In this document: positions 1 through 9,712 of the stretch, piece by piece
Layout: every line of letters starts with the position of its first letter
Position numbering within the stretch: the first letter of the stretch is position 1
Assembly: GCA_030637745.1 (NCBI GenBank)
Contig: DAOWFX010000043.1
Coordinates: 3,424 to 67,423, forward strand
Reading direction: 5' to 3'
DNA length: 64,000 bases
Origin: Clostridia bacterium
GTDB taxonomy: Bacteria; Bacillota; Clostridia; Christensenellales; UMGS416
Translations under genes and position numbers: made by a program
Notes under the pieces: model-generated
What the model saw: the letters and a program-made list of their open reading frames with translations, nothing else
The model's database searches: none
Told to the model about the DNA's origin: nothing

Positions 1-342
1 TGGAATAGTTATATCACTTTTGGTTGCAAGCCTTTCGGGAACATCGCCCAACCAATTTACAAATATCCAGCCTTCGTGTGGGCGTGCAGAGAGCTTTATC
101 CGCGTTCCGGCGGGATAGACTTTTTCAAATGGAGATACTTCTACAGAGCCATTGCCTTCGGTAATTAAATTGAGCGTAGCACCTTCTTCGACTGTCTCTG
201 CACCAAATGCTATTTGCTCCGGCTCAATGATAATTCCATCTAGATTTAGCTCTACTGGTTCGGGACGGTTAATAAGAAGTATTCCAATAGCTACTGCTCC
301 CATTAAGAACAACGCTGATGAAATTATTATTACTCGTTTCAT
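1..342 (-). CDS. 5' part of a membrane-anchored or secreted protein (3' end lies beyond the left window edge); possible InlB-B / Listeria-Bacteroides-type repeat
   Basis: Absent from the ORF track because it is open at the window edge. The reverse strand reads GAGGTG-N6-ATG (ATG at 342..340), then MKRVIIISSALFLMGAVAIGILLINRPEPVELNLDG...RIKLSARPHEGWIFVNWLGDVPERLATKSDITIP in frame to base 1. It has an N-terminal hydrophobic anchor. The P.EGW.FV.W.GD pattern resembles Flg_new/InlB B-repeat modules (from memory). The + strand ORF 152..367 is its antisense shadow. Confidence 0.55.
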   Translation of the reverse strand, partial: MKRVIIISSALFLMGAVAIGILLINRPEPVELNLDGIIIEPEQIAFGAETVEEGATLNLITEGNGSVEVSPFEKVYPAGTRIKLSARPHEGWIFVNWLGDVPERLATKSDITIP

Positions 343-423
343 GTTCTTCACCTCAAATACACTATAGTACAATTATATTCCTATAAAATATGACTGTCAA
401 ACCTATTCAATTATATACATATA

Positions 424-1614
424 TCATTTCTTGTATGTTTTCTTGCCTCGTTTTTCCATGTACCAGTTTGTAATAGGAAACAATAAGCGTATATACCATT
501 TGCTTGAAATAATATTCAATTGGTTTATAATATCAATGGATTGTGGGCAATGCTTTTCGCACTTTCCACACTGGATACATTCCCGTGCTTTATTGAGTGT
601 TTTCCCTGAAATTCCGATTTGCATAAGAGTTCCAAGAAAACCACCTGATGAGATATGGTTGTAGACTTCAAAGCAACGAGGAATATCAATTTCTTTTGGA
701 CAATCAATACAATATCCACAACCAGTACAAGGCACTTTGAAGCTCTTGACAAAGACATCAATGATTTCATCGATAACCACTTGCTCTTCTTCTTTGATTT
801 TTCCATCAATATCAGATGCAATTTCTAAATTATTTTCAATATGATCCTCATGACTCATCCCTGAGAGCACCACTGTAGCTTCTTTATGGTTCATTACCCA
901 AGATAAGAATAATTCAACTGGCGTCTTTTTTATCCCAGCTTTATCTATTAGATCAAGTACTTTCTGAGGAATATTGTTTGCTAACGCGCCACCGCGTAAG
1001 GGTTCCATAATAATGACAGGAATACCTTTCTTATTAGCATGAAGTAGACCATCTCTTCCTGCTTGATTGTTGATGTCTAAGATATTGTACTGTATCTGAC
1101 AAAAATCCCAGTCATAGTCGTCAACGATTTTGATGAAGTCGCTCTTTTCTCCGTGAAATGAAAACCCAACATTTTTTGCCTTGCCACTATCTTTGATAGA
1201 CTTTAGATATTCTTTTAGCCCCATATCACATAGGTTTTTATAATTTCCATAGCTTGTGAACATATGCATTAAGTAATAATCAATATAATCAGTATTTAAC
1301 TTTACTAGTTGCTTATTGATGTATTTATCAAAATCGTTCCTGTTTCTACATAACCAAATTGGAAGCTTTGTTGCCAGAAATATTTGATTTCTTAAACCGG
1401 TTTTCTTAAAAAAACGACCTAAGAAAGCTTCTGATTGTCCCGCATGATAGGGCCATGCAGTATCCAGGTAATTAACACCGCCATCGATTGCTTGCTTAAG
1501 CATTTGGGTAGAACGAACTTCATCGATTTTTCCATCTTTTTGAGGAAAACGCATACAGCCAAAGCCAAGGATAGAAAGTTGATCTTTGTTTCTTGTATTT
1601 TCTCTATAAATCAT
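424..1614 (-). CDS. aldo/keto reductase fused to a C-terminal 2x[4Fe-4S] ferredoxin-type domain
   Basis: 396 aa. N-terminal AKR signature (LGFGCMRF...GVNYLDTAWPYHAGQSE). Two CxxCxxCxxxCP clusters near the C-terminus (CTGCGYCIDCP, CIQCGKCEKHCP). A 4-nt overlap with the upstream aminotransferase gene suggests co-transcription. Confidence 0.85.
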   Translation of the reverse strand: MIYRENTRNKDQLSILGFGCMRFPQKDGKIDEVRSTQMLKQAIDGGVNYLDTAWPYHAGQSEAFLGRFFKKTGLRNQIFLATKLPIWLCRNRNDFDKYINKQLVKLNTDYIDYYLMHMFTSYGNYKNLCDMGLKEYLKSIKDSGKAKNVGFSFHGEKSDFIKIVDDYDWDFCQIQYNILDINNQAGRDGLLHANKKGIPVIIMEPLRGGALANNIPQKVLDLIDKAGIKKTPVELFLSWVMNHKEATVVLSGMSHEDHIENNLEIASDIDGKIKEEEQVVIDEIIDVFVKSFKVPCTGCGYCIDCPKEIDIPRCFEVYNHISSGGFLGTLMQIGISGKTLNKARECIQCGKCEKHCPQSIDIINQLNIISSKWYIRLLFPITNWYMEKRGKKTYKK

Positions 1615-2783
1615 ATTAGTTGATACTCTTTTCCTAATTCTATAAACGCGTCTTTGGATCGGTTGATCTTATTGAGTGAAACACAATAGCATATTCTAAA
1701 ATATCCACTTCTTCCAAAGCCACTGCCGGGAGCAAACAAGAGATTGTGTGTTGCTGCTTTTGCAACGAACTCTTTATCGTCTTTGATGGGACATTCTACG
1801 AAAAAGTAGAATGCACCTTGTGGTTTTTGTGTTTTAAAGCCTGCTTGAATAAGAATATCATATAGGGCATCACGACGCTTTTTATATCCTTTTATATCGA
1901 CTGTAGTATCCAGTGCGCCCAGAAGCGCTTTTTGATATATCGCAGGGGCATTGACAAAGCCTAATATTCGATTTGTGAGTATTAGAGCGTTAATGACATC
2001 TCTTACATCGGTAATATCGGGATTTACTGCAATATATCCTAGGCGTGCACCGGGTAGTGACAATGATTTAGAATATGAATTGATGATAATAGTATTATCA
2101 TATATATTTAGCAAGTTGGGTACTTCTACATCATATACGATTTCTTGATAAGGCTCATCAGATAGGATACAGATATCTGTTTGCAATGCGTTTTGACGTT
2201 CATATAGTGCATTTGCTAGTTCTTCAAGTGCTTCTTTTGAATAAACAATGCCAGTGGGATTATTGGGAGAATTGATAATGATGGCTTTTGTCTTCTCAGT
2301 AATTGCACCATAGATTTTCTCAATATCCAATGAGAAGTCATCTTCTGTTTCAACAACTACAGGAATACCACCATGATTGGTGATATAGAAGTTGTATTCA
2401 ACAAAATATGGAGCAAGGACAATCACTTCATCATCTGGGTCTAAAAGGGACTTTAAACAAACGTTTAATCCGCCTGCTGCACCAACTGTCATAATTAAAT
2501 TGTTGGCAGACAGAGTCTTTCCACGGGAAGATATTTTTTCTGCGATCATCTGACGTACGTCTAAGAAACCTGCGTTGGGCATATATCGGTGAACACCTTT
2601 TTGTCCTGCATATTGTATAATGCCATCAATTATACTCTGTGGTGGTGGCATATCGGGATTCCCTAATGAGAAATCGAATACGTTTTCCGGACCGAACATT
2701 TTAGACAATCGGTTGCCTTCTTCAAACATCTTGCGTATTACAGAAGAGTTCTTCAGCGATTCTTTGATCTTTGAGGATATCAT
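1611..2783 (-). CDS. PLP-dependent aminotransferase, class I/II (aspartate/aromatic aminotransferase-like)
   Basis: 390 aa. PLP-lysine motif NSYSKSLSLPGARLGY and SPNNPTG. AGGAG lies 6 nt upstream of the ATG at 2783. Confidence 0.85.
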   Translation of the reverse strand: MISSKIKESLKNSSVIRKMFEEGNRLSKMFGPENVFDFSLGNPDMPPPQSIIDGIIQYAGQKGVHRYMPNAGFLDVRQMIAEKISSRGKTLSANNLIMTVGAAGGLNVCLKSLLDPDDEVIVLAPYFVEYNFYITNHGGIPVVVETEDDFSLDIEKIYGAITEKTKAIIINSPNNPTGIVYSKEALEELANALYERQNALQTDICILSDEPYQEIVYDVEVPNLLNIYDNTIIINSYSKSLSLPGARLGYIAVNPDITDVRDVINALILTNRILGFVNAPAIYQKALLGALDTTVDIKGYKKRRDALYDILIQAGFKTQKPQGAFYFFVECPIKDDKEFVAKAATHNLLFAPGSGFGRSGYFRICYCVSLNKINRSKDAFIELGKEYQLI

Positions 2784-2886
2784 TTATATCTCCTAGAGTT
2801 TTGTTATATCTATTATACAATATTTTTTTGCATGTTACATCTACGAATGTATGTATAAATATTAGCTATTACAGGAAAACAGATAT

Positions 2887-4461
2887 TTATTGATTATTGT
2901 AAAAGTCCATTTGTGTTTGTGCGCCTGCTTCGAGGTACTCTTTTATGAAGCGGTCCCAGTACTTATCGGACAATGCTCTTTTGCCGGAAATAAAATTATC
3001 TATCCACGTATCCTTTACTGCATTAAATGCTGATAATTTATTTGTCGGTGTATATCCATTGTCCGCAAATGGATTGGTGTAGATATTTGAGTATTTTAAA
3101 AGCGAATAATACCAGTCTATTGCACTTTGGGGAAAGTCATTGAGTGTTACCACTTCAATTTGTGTAATGATGTTTCTGATTTCGTGATATTCTTGCATTC
3201 CCTCTGTTGTACCATCTTTGTTATACTTCCATCCTTCAGAGTCAAATACTTGATAATTTGGCACCTTTGTGTTGCTATCTAAAACATAGTGTTCTCCTTG
3301 TATCCCATAAGAGATGATATCCATTCCTTGTTCAGTAAAGAGGAATTCACACATATCCAAAATTCTGTTCGGTTCTTCAAAATACACAGAAATCATAGCA
3401 GCTGTTGATAAAGTATCTCCGGTTGTGCGACAAGGACCCAAATTTCCTGTCAATGATACAGGAAGGGGTACAAGGAAACCATAGGGATTTGTCTCTTTTA
3501 ACTTTGCATTTAGTGTAGGATAATTGCTGATATCTGTTGCTATCGCTCCTGCTTTTCCGGATGTTATTTTTTCCTGCGACACAGCGCCATCGTGCAACAG
3601 ATAGTCGTTGTCGAATGCTTTGGTTTGATACATTTCATTAAGCCAAGTAAGAGCATTACGCATGTCATCAAGTAAAAACCAATCTACATACTGACCATCT
3701 ATATCCTTAAAAATATAGCTGCCTGTAAATCCTGCAAAAATAGGATCAAGATATCTTTGGTTTCCGGTAGAAAACCCATCGGTTCCAAGCCCATCAAAAT
3801 CATTTTCTACAAAGGCTTCCATCAGTAAACGAAACTTATCCAATGTATCGACTGTGTTGATATTTATGCCGGCTTTTTCGGCCCAGTCACCGCGTACCAG
3901 ATATACTAAATCATCCGGTCCTTTTAGATTTGGCAAGCAGTAGAGTTCATCGTCATCTGTTTTGTATTTGTTGATCTCTTTTGCATTTAGTATGTATTGT
4001 GTTAGTTTTGGATAGACATCTTCTTTATCGTCCAAATATGTTCCAATATCAATTACTGCACCTGCTTGGAGAAGCTTTTCATATGATAATTGATCAGTAG
4101 ATAACACGTCCAGATTCATATAATCGGGAATAACACCATATGATATATGCATACTAAGTATTTCGCTATATGTTTTTGTAGGATCAGATGTTGTGTCTAT
4201 GAAATTAAATTTCACATTGTATTTTTCTTCAAGAAACTCAACTACGATATCCTTTGAAGATAGTGCTACGCGAGTGTTTACAGCTCCTCTTGGCATAAAG
4301 AGCAACTCAAGTGTTTCAGCGTATGGAACTTCTTGCACCGCTTGTGTGGGTTCTGGTGTGGGGGTAGATGCAGGTACTACTTCTTTGGGAGTGCATCCAA
4401 CAAATATTGTAATGACTAATAAAATGATGATTGATATCATTTTATGATGAGGTTTTATCAT
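2887..4461 (-). CDS. large extracellular solute-binding lipoprotein (ABC SBP family 1, LplA-like)
   Basis: 524 aa. Signal peptide with lipobox ITIFVGC, then a Pro/Thr-rich linker. The C-terminal YWDRFIKEYLEAGAQTQMDFYNN is typical of ~500-aa sugar-binding SBPs. AGGAG lies 5 nt upstream of the ATG. No permease or ATPase gene is adjacent. Confidence 0.7.
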   Translation of the reverse strand: MIKPHHKMISIIILLVITIFVGCTPKEVVPASTPTPEPTQAVQEVPYAETLELLFMPRGAVNTRVALSSKDIVVEFLEEKYNVKFNFIDTTSDPTKTYSEILSMHISYGVIPDYMNLDVLSTDQLSYEKLLQAGAVIDIGTYLDDKEDVYPKLTQYILNAKEINKYKTDDDELYCLPNLKGPDDLVYLVRGDWAEKAGININTVDTLDKFRLLMEAFVENDFDGLGTDGFSTGNQRYLDPIFAGFTGSYIFKDIDGQYVDWFLLDDMRNALTWLNEMYQTKAFDNDYLLHDGAVSQEKITSGKAGAIATDISNYPTLNAKLKETNPYGFLVPLPVSLTGNLGPCRTTGDTLSTAAMISVYFEEPNRILDMCEFLFTEQGMDIISYGIQGEHYVLDSNTKVPNYQVFDSEGWKYNKDGTTEGMQEYHEIRNIITQIEVVTLNDFPQSAIDWYYSLLKYSNIYTNPFADNGYTPTNKLSAFNAVKDTWIDNFISGKRALSDKYWDRFIKEYLEAGAQTQMDFYNNQ

Positions 4462-4536
4462 AACTTCTCCTATTATATCATCTGAATATATATATGAAGT
4501 TTAACAGAATATGTCAAGGAAATGCAAATAGTACAT

Positions 4537-4938
4537 TTATAGAACAGAACCTTCTTTTAAATCATCAACTAATACTCGCATACGAGAAGCAATAATGTCA
4601 CGCACACGCGCATAAAAACTTTCATCCCTACCTTCAGGATCTGCAAGGGACCAATCGATACAAGTAACACCTTGTATTTTACATGGATTGTCTACATCCA
4701 TTGATATAATTAGATCCGGTTTTTCAATATCATCAATGCTTTTTGTTTTTTGCATTGAGATATCAATACCAATATCTTTCATTGCTTTGATTGCTTCAGG
4801 ACGGATATTGTCATCCGGCTGATTACCTGCGCTGGAAGGAATCATAATGTCACTCCCCAATTTACGCGCCAAGCCTTCTGCCATCTGTGAACGACAACAG
4901 TTTCCATTGCTTAAAAATGCTACTTTTACTTTGTTCAT
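4537..4938 (-). CDS. ArsC / low-molecular-weight phosphotyrosine phosphatase family protein with a non-canonical P-loop
   Basis: Start moved to the internal ATG (MNKVKVAFL...), which is preceded by GGGTGG. P-loop-like FLSNGNCCRSQMAEG and a C-terminal DWSLADP, as in thioredoxin-coupled ArsC. The usual first Cys of CX5R is Ser here (see findings). Confidence 0.7.
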   Translation of the reverse strand: MNKVKVAFLSNGNCCRSQMAEGLARKLGSDIMIPSSAGNQPDDNIRPEAIKAMKDIGIDISMQKTKSIDDIEKPDLIISMDVDNPCKIQGVTCIDWSLADPEGRDESFYARVRDIIASRMRVLVDDLKEGSVL

Positions 4939-5039
4939 GAAACCACCCAATTTGATATTTATGTATATATAGTTATTATACTAATATATAGTTTTAATGT
5001 ATAATATACTAAACAAATTGATAAAAAGGAAGTACAATT

Positions 5040-5879
5040 TTGCGCATAGTCGATGTTAAACTGATTGAGGAAGCGATATATGAAATGTTTCTTACATGTT
5101 GTGTTCATCCCGATAGGGCTTTATCAGGTAGAATACAAGACGCATTAGCAGTTGAAAAATCGCCTATTGCACAATCTATTTTGAAACAAATTCAAAAGAA
5201 TATTGAGATTGCAGACCAAAACAATGTACCTCTATGCCAAGATACTGGAATGGCTGTGGTGTTTATTGATATTGGACAAGAAGTATCTTTAAAAGGAGAA
5301 TACATCAATGATGCAATTAACAATGCTGTACGTAGGGCATATCAAGATGGATATTTCAGAAAATCTGTGCTTTCTCCAATAACACGAATAAATACTGAAG
5401 ATAACACACCTGCTGTGATTCATACTAGAATCATTAAAGGGGACAAAATAATAATTCGTGTCGCACCAAAGGGCTTTGGTAGCGAGAATATGTCAAGAAT
5501 CAAGATGATAACTCCCGCACAAGGTATTGAAGGTATATATGAATTTGTCTTGGAGACAGTTAAAAATGCAGGTGGTAATCCATGTCCCCCAATAACACTG
5601 GGCATTGGTATTGGTGGCACATTTGAGCTATGTGCACTCAATGCAAAGCGTGCACTTTTGCGTTCGCTTGGAGAATCCTCTGAAGATGAGGATATTGCAG
5701 TTATTGAAAAGAAATTGCTTAATGATATTAACAAATTAGGCATTGGTCCTATGGGTATGGGGGGATCAACTACAGCACTTGCAGTACACATCATTAGTGC
5801 ACCTACACACCTTGCAGGACTCCCTTGTGCAATAAATGTGCAATGCCATAGCGTGCGTCATGAAAGCAGGACAATATAA
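5040..5879 (+). CDS. class I (Fe-S) fumarate hydratase / tartrate dehydratase family, alpha-type subunit
   Basis: 279 aa. CQDTGMAVVF motif. TTG start 7 nt after AAGGAAG. Its stop overlaps the next start (TAATG). Confidence 0.85.
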   Translation: MRIVDVKLIEEAIYEMFLTCCVHPDRALSGRIQDALAVEKSPIAQSILKQIQKNIEIADQNNVPLCQDTGMAVVFIDIGQEVSLKGEYINDAINNAVRRAYQDGYFRKSVLSPITRINTEDNTPAVIHTRIIKGDKIIIRVAPKGFGSENMSRIKMITPAQGIEGIYEFVLETVKNAGGNPCPPITLGIGIGGTFELCALNAKRALLRSLGESSEDEDIAVIEKKLLNDINKLGIGPMGMGGSTTALAVHIISAPTHLAGLPCAINVQCHSVRHESRTI

Positions 5880-6400
5880 TGAAGCATTTGACAGTACCAG
5901 TAAAAGATACTGACCTACAACCGTTGAAAATTGGTGAGGAGATATTATTATCAGGCACGATATACACAGCACGTGATGCTGCGCATAAAAAGCTTGTTGA
6001 GTTAATTAATAAGGGAAAAAAGCTGCCTTTTGATATTGACGGTGCAGCAATCTACTATAGTGGACCTTGTCCTGCTCCTCCAAACTTTCCTATTGGTCCA
6101 TGTGGTCCTACAACGAGTTACCGTATGGATTCATACACACCACAATTGCTTGATTTAGGACTAAAAATCATGATTGGAAAAGGCAAAAGAAATGACAATG
6201 TTGTAGAATCTATGAAAAAAAATGGAGCTCTGTACCTTGCTGCGACCGGAGGTGCTGCAGCACTTCTTATGGATTGTGTTAAAAGCAGCACGGTTATTTG
6301 TTTTCCTGAATTGGGTGCAGAAGCCATTAGAAAGCTTGAAGTCAAGAACTTCCCTGTAATCGTAGCGACAAAAGCAAATGGAGAAACAGTCTACAGATAA
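5879..6400 (+). CDS. class I (Fe-S) fumarate hydratase / tartrate dehydratase family, beta-type subunit
   Basis: 173 aa. GTIYTARDAAHKKL and GKGKR motifs typical of the C-terminal/beta domain. Translationally coupled to the alpha gene. Confidence 0.85.
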   Translation: MKHLTVPVKDTDLQPLKIGEEILLSGTIYTARDAAHKKLVELINKGKKLPFDIDGAAIYYSGPCPAPPNFPIGPCGPTTSYRMDSYTPQLLDLGLKIMIGKGKRNDNVVESMKKNGALYLAATGGAAALLMDCVKSSTVICFPELGAEAIRKLEVKNFPVIVATKANGETVYR

Positions 6401-6511
6401 TAATTAAATACATGTATAGTTATCCGTTTTGTAGGATACAAGTAATTGTGTAATATACATAAATTTTGATAAGAAATTCCATTTTGAAATCAAAGCATGA
6501 TACAGAGCATA

Positions 6512-7957
6512 TTAATTATAGTGTAAGTCTAGGAGCACATTTAATCCTGCAGCATTAACTTTTCGTACATACTCATTCCAATCAGAGGATAGGGATTTAC
6601 TTCCCACGATGAACTCTGTCCACCATTCATGAAGCACTGGATCTAATGCACCATTAACAACTTGAGATGCTAGCGCATTATTTCCTGTAGCTGGAAGTGA
6701 TGCAACCATCAAGTCCTCAGAGGCGCCAAATACTCTCATAGGAATCAACAATTCATATAACGAAGGCTCAAACTGTGTCCAATAATTATAGTATATCCCG
6801 GGAAGACCGTCTGGAGTGATGCCTTGTTGCTTCCATTGGTATGCATTGACATGGGTAAAAGGAGCAAGTGGCTTCAACATTCCGTTGGGCTGATCTGTGA
6901 CATGAAGTGCATTCACACCATTGTTGAGCAATCTTCTACCTTCATCTGAGAAACAGTAATTGATAAATTGAATGGCATATTCTTGATTGCCAGAAACATC
7001 AGTGAGTGCTGCATAACTAGTTGGTTGATTGTAGTATCCTGGTAGTGCTGCATCCTCTACGGGCGAGAACATAAACGGTTCCATTCCGGATTCGTATGCA
7101 TCCTCATAATATGATTGCGTGAAAATTCCTGCTGTAACTACCCCGCTTTCTATATCATATAGTAAGTTGGTAGGCGTGTAGACAAAGAAGGTCTCACTAA
7201 GCAGTTTTTTTGAATACAAAGAGTTTAGATACAGCAACATTGCTTTGAATTCTGTAGTTGTGGGTCCGTAAACATTATTGTTAGATTTTTTGATGACCCC
7301 TGTTGATGTGGCAAACATGGGGGCTGTCAATTCACATAATGTCATGGTTGACCCTGGAACTGCGAACTTTCCACCGGATGCAGTGATTGCATTATAGAAA
7401 CTGACTGCATCAAACTGTCGTCCTTCAACTTCCTTTTTAATAAATGGAATGGCACTGACCACACCTACATCTTGTCGTATGGGAAAGAGCTTAATCTCAC
7501 CTGCTGATGAAGAGAGTGCTGTAATCATACGAGAGGAGAATCCGTTGAGCCAATGGATATAGTTGGGTGCATATTGATTGATTAGGGGAGCAGCATCAAT
7601 TATGTATTCATCAGCTGCCTGTGCATATGCAGGAGGAAGCTCCATGATATCATAAACAATTCCGGACGATAGGTTTAGATTTAAGGTTTCGATATAGCGT
7701 GCAGGACGTATTGTTTTTATTGCTGCACTGATACCACTTTTCTTAAAAAGCGTATCCAAAACTGTCCAATTCTCCATTACAAAATCATCTGTTTTTAGAA
7801 GCATCGTTATCTCTGCAATAGGACTTTGCATTTCATTTGACTCTTCAGTAATTGGAATCAGTTCAGGTTTCACAGGTGGCTTCATGCATGAGACACATAA
7901 AGTGCATACCAACATAAGTACAATTATTATTTTGATCATTATTTTATATTTCGACAT
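6512..7957 (-). CDS. large extracellular solute-binding lipoprotein (LplA-like SBP)
   Basis: The ORF is open to 7993 (TTG). I prefer the ATG at 7957 (MSKYKIMIKIIIVLMLVCTLCVSC, lipobox-like). The C-terminus SDWNEYVRKVNAAGLNVLLDLHYN matches the SBP tail seen in 2887..4461. There is no SD; a TATAAT sits 6 nt upstream of this ATG. The start is uncertain. Confidence 0.6.
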   Translation of the reverse strand: MSKYKIMIKIIIVLMLVCTLCVSCMKPPVKPELIPITEESNEMQSPIAEITMLLKTDDFVMENWTVLDTLFKKSGISAAIKTIRPARYIETLNLNLSSGIVYDIMELPPAYAQAADEYIIDAAPLINQYAPNYIHWLNGFSSRMITALSSSAGEIKLFPIRQDVGVVSAIPFIKKEVEGRQFDAVSFYNAITASGGKFAVPGSTMTLCELTAPMFATSTGVIKKSNNNVYGPTTTEFKAMLLYLNSLYSKKLLSETFFVYTPTNLLYDIESGVVTAGIFTQSYYEDAYESGMEPFMFSPVEDAALPGYYNQPTSYAALTDVSGNQEYAIQFINYCFSDEGRRLLNNGVNALHVTDQPNGMLKPLAPFTHVNAYQWKQQGITPDGLPGIYYNYWTQFEPSLYELLIPMRVFGASEDLMVASLPATGNNALASQVVNGALDPVLHEWWTEFIVGSKSLSSDWNEYVRKVNAAGLNVLLDLHYN

Positions 7958-8170
7958 GAGATGATTATAAACGATGATACCATGTATTGGCAATATGATA
8001 TGTAGTCAACAATATAAAAATTATAATGATATCTAGAACAAATACATTGATAATAGACACAATAAGTGATAGAATTTAACATATATTGTTCATGAATTAC
8101 TAATTGATAAACAGTATTCGTAATCATATACATTGTAAGGGAAGAAGATTAAATAATAAAGGAGATTATT

Positions 8171-8428
8171 ATGGAAAACAATCAAGTTACTGTTCAACAA
8201 AACGAGAAACTCTCAATAGGTGGATGGATGTTAACCATTCTAGTATTGATGATTCCTTTAGTCAACATAATTATGCTATTTGTTTGGGGTTTTGGGGGCG
8301 AGAAAACGGGACGAAAGAACTTTTGTATAGCTACTTTAATTTGGGCTGCTATCGGAATTGTACTATATATTATTATTATCGTAATATTTGGAGCCGCACT
8401 CTTTTCGTTTGCAAACTTTTTTTATTAA
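8171..8428 (+). CDS. small membrane protein (2 predicted TM helices)
   Basis: 85 aa. AAAGGAG lies 6 nt upstream of the ATG. Two long hydrophobic stretches. Followed by a strong hairpin terminator. Preferred over the overlapping ORF 8104..8490. Confidence 0.5.
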   Translation: MENNQVTVQQNEKLSIGGWMLTILVLMIPLVNIIMLFVWGFGGEKTGRKNFCIATLIWAAIGIVLYIIIIVIFGAALFSFANFFY

Positions 8429-8453
8429 GAATTAAAAGAATAGATAGTAAAAT

Positions 8454-8484
8454 AAAAGACCGCAGATTGCGGTCTTTTATTTTA
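8454..8484. terminator. bidirectional intrinsic terminator between convergent genes
   Basis: AAAGACCGC-agatt-GCGGTCTTT (9-bp stem) flanked by A-run and T-run. It lies between the stop at 8428 (+) and the stop at 8498 (-). Confidence 0.75.
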
Positions 8485-8497
8485 CTATGACAAATGA

Positions 8498-9712
8498 TTA
8501 TCCATCAATTTTTCCGCGGTATATTTTAACTTTCATTTCTTCTTTCCACTCTGTCATTTTTGTTGAATACATCGCTTCTTTTGTGCTTGTTTTGATGTCT
8601 TCTGCAATTGCTTCTCGTACTTCTTCAAATGCAACTGGCCCTTCAACTACATCATCATAGTACAAGATGATATGATAGCCAAAGTCGGTAGCAACAGGTT
8701 CTGATATATCTCCTTTGCTTTCAAGTGCAAATAATCCTTCAACAAACTCAGGAGCAAATGTGGTGCTATCAATGGCCATAGAATAGTAATTATCAGCGCG
8801 CATTCTAGGGTCTTCTCCATATTCTACAATGAGCTCGTCAAAGTCTGAACCACCGGCTGCAAGCTCATATGCTTCTGTTGCTTTTTCTTCTATTTCAAGA
8901 AGTGCATCTTTGCGTGCATCATCTGCAAGGTCATCATCCTCATTTTGCCTATGTGCTACAATTTGGTTTTTAACATCTTCCGGGAAAGCAATTAAAATAT
9001 GACGTGCAGTACGTACTCCTGCAATATTATAATAGACAGGATCTCCAGAAGCTGCAACCATTTCATAGCTTTGTGAACCATCTGCAAACCCTGCTTTTTG
9101 TGCTTCAACACGACTATTGAATGCATTCAGTAGTTCGCCTTCTGCTGGCTCAGGAATATCAGTAATAAGATCATAAAGCTTTTGAGCTGCGATTTGATCG
9201 GTGCTCTTTTGACGATAGCCTTCCTCATCATACTCAATCGCTTCTATGAATTTATCAAATTCTACTTCAATTAATGCATCGAGCTCTTCTTGTGTTTTAT
9301 CTGTATTGGCATCATTATTGTTAACAGTCGTTGTTGCTAATGTTCTATAGTATGCTAATGTATCTGCAATGTCTGCTTCTATTTTCTCTGTATCTTCTGT
9401 AGAGAAATTATAGCAATCATATTCTAGTGCTTTAATCTTAATAATTTCTTGAGCAACTATTTCATCAATCGCATTATCCATAATAAGCTTTGCAATTTCC
9501 GGATCAGATAATTGTTCGGGCGTGACTTGATAGTTATACACTAGGCGCGTATAGACTTCAGCTAAGTCCCCCTTGGTGACTTTATTGCTTTCTACTTTAA
9601 TTACAACAGTTTGTTTATCTCTTTCTGGGTTGACTTCGACGAGATTACAACCTGCAAATATCATGATGCATGCAAGTAGTAGAGCGAATACGGATATTTT
9701 ATTAATTTTCAT
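8498..9712 (-). CDS. prsA: PrsA/SurA-like parvulin-type peptidyl-prolyl isomerase lipoprotein
   Basis: 404 aa. Lipobox IMIFAGC. PpiC/parvulin core (TARHILIAF ... DFGYHIILYYD). GAGGAAGG SD. Confidence 0.75.
   Translation of the reverse strand: MKINKISVFALLLACIMIFAGCNLVEVNPERDKQTVVIKVESNKVTKGDLAEVYTRLVYNYQVTPEQLSDPEIAKLIMDNAIDEIVAQEIIKIKALEYDCYNFSTEDTEKIEADIADTLAYYRTLATTTVNNNDANTDKTQEELDALIEVEFDKFIEAIEYDEEGYRQKSTDQIAAQKLYDLITDIPEPAEGELLNAFNSRVEAQKAGFADGSQSYEMVAASGDPVYYNIAGVRTARHILIAFPEDVKNQIVAHRQNEDDDLADDARKDALLEIEEKATEAYELAAGGSDFDELIVEYGEDPRMRADNYYSMAIDSTTFAPEFVEGLFALESKGDISEPVATDFGYHIILYYDDVVEGPVAFEEVREAIAEDIKTSTKEAMYSTKMTEWKEEMKVKIYRGKIDG

Noticed and set aside
152-367. 71-aa + strand ORF from the track
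   Set aside because: It is antisense to a better-supported reverse-strand CDS (1..342) that has an SD, a signal anchor and a recognisable repeat motif. It has no SD of its own.
8104-8490. 128-aa ORF overlapping the 85-aa membrane-protein ORF
   Set aside because: It has no SD and an Arg/Tyr/Asn-rich composition, and it runs through the terminator hairpin. The 8171 frame has an SD and two clean TM helices.
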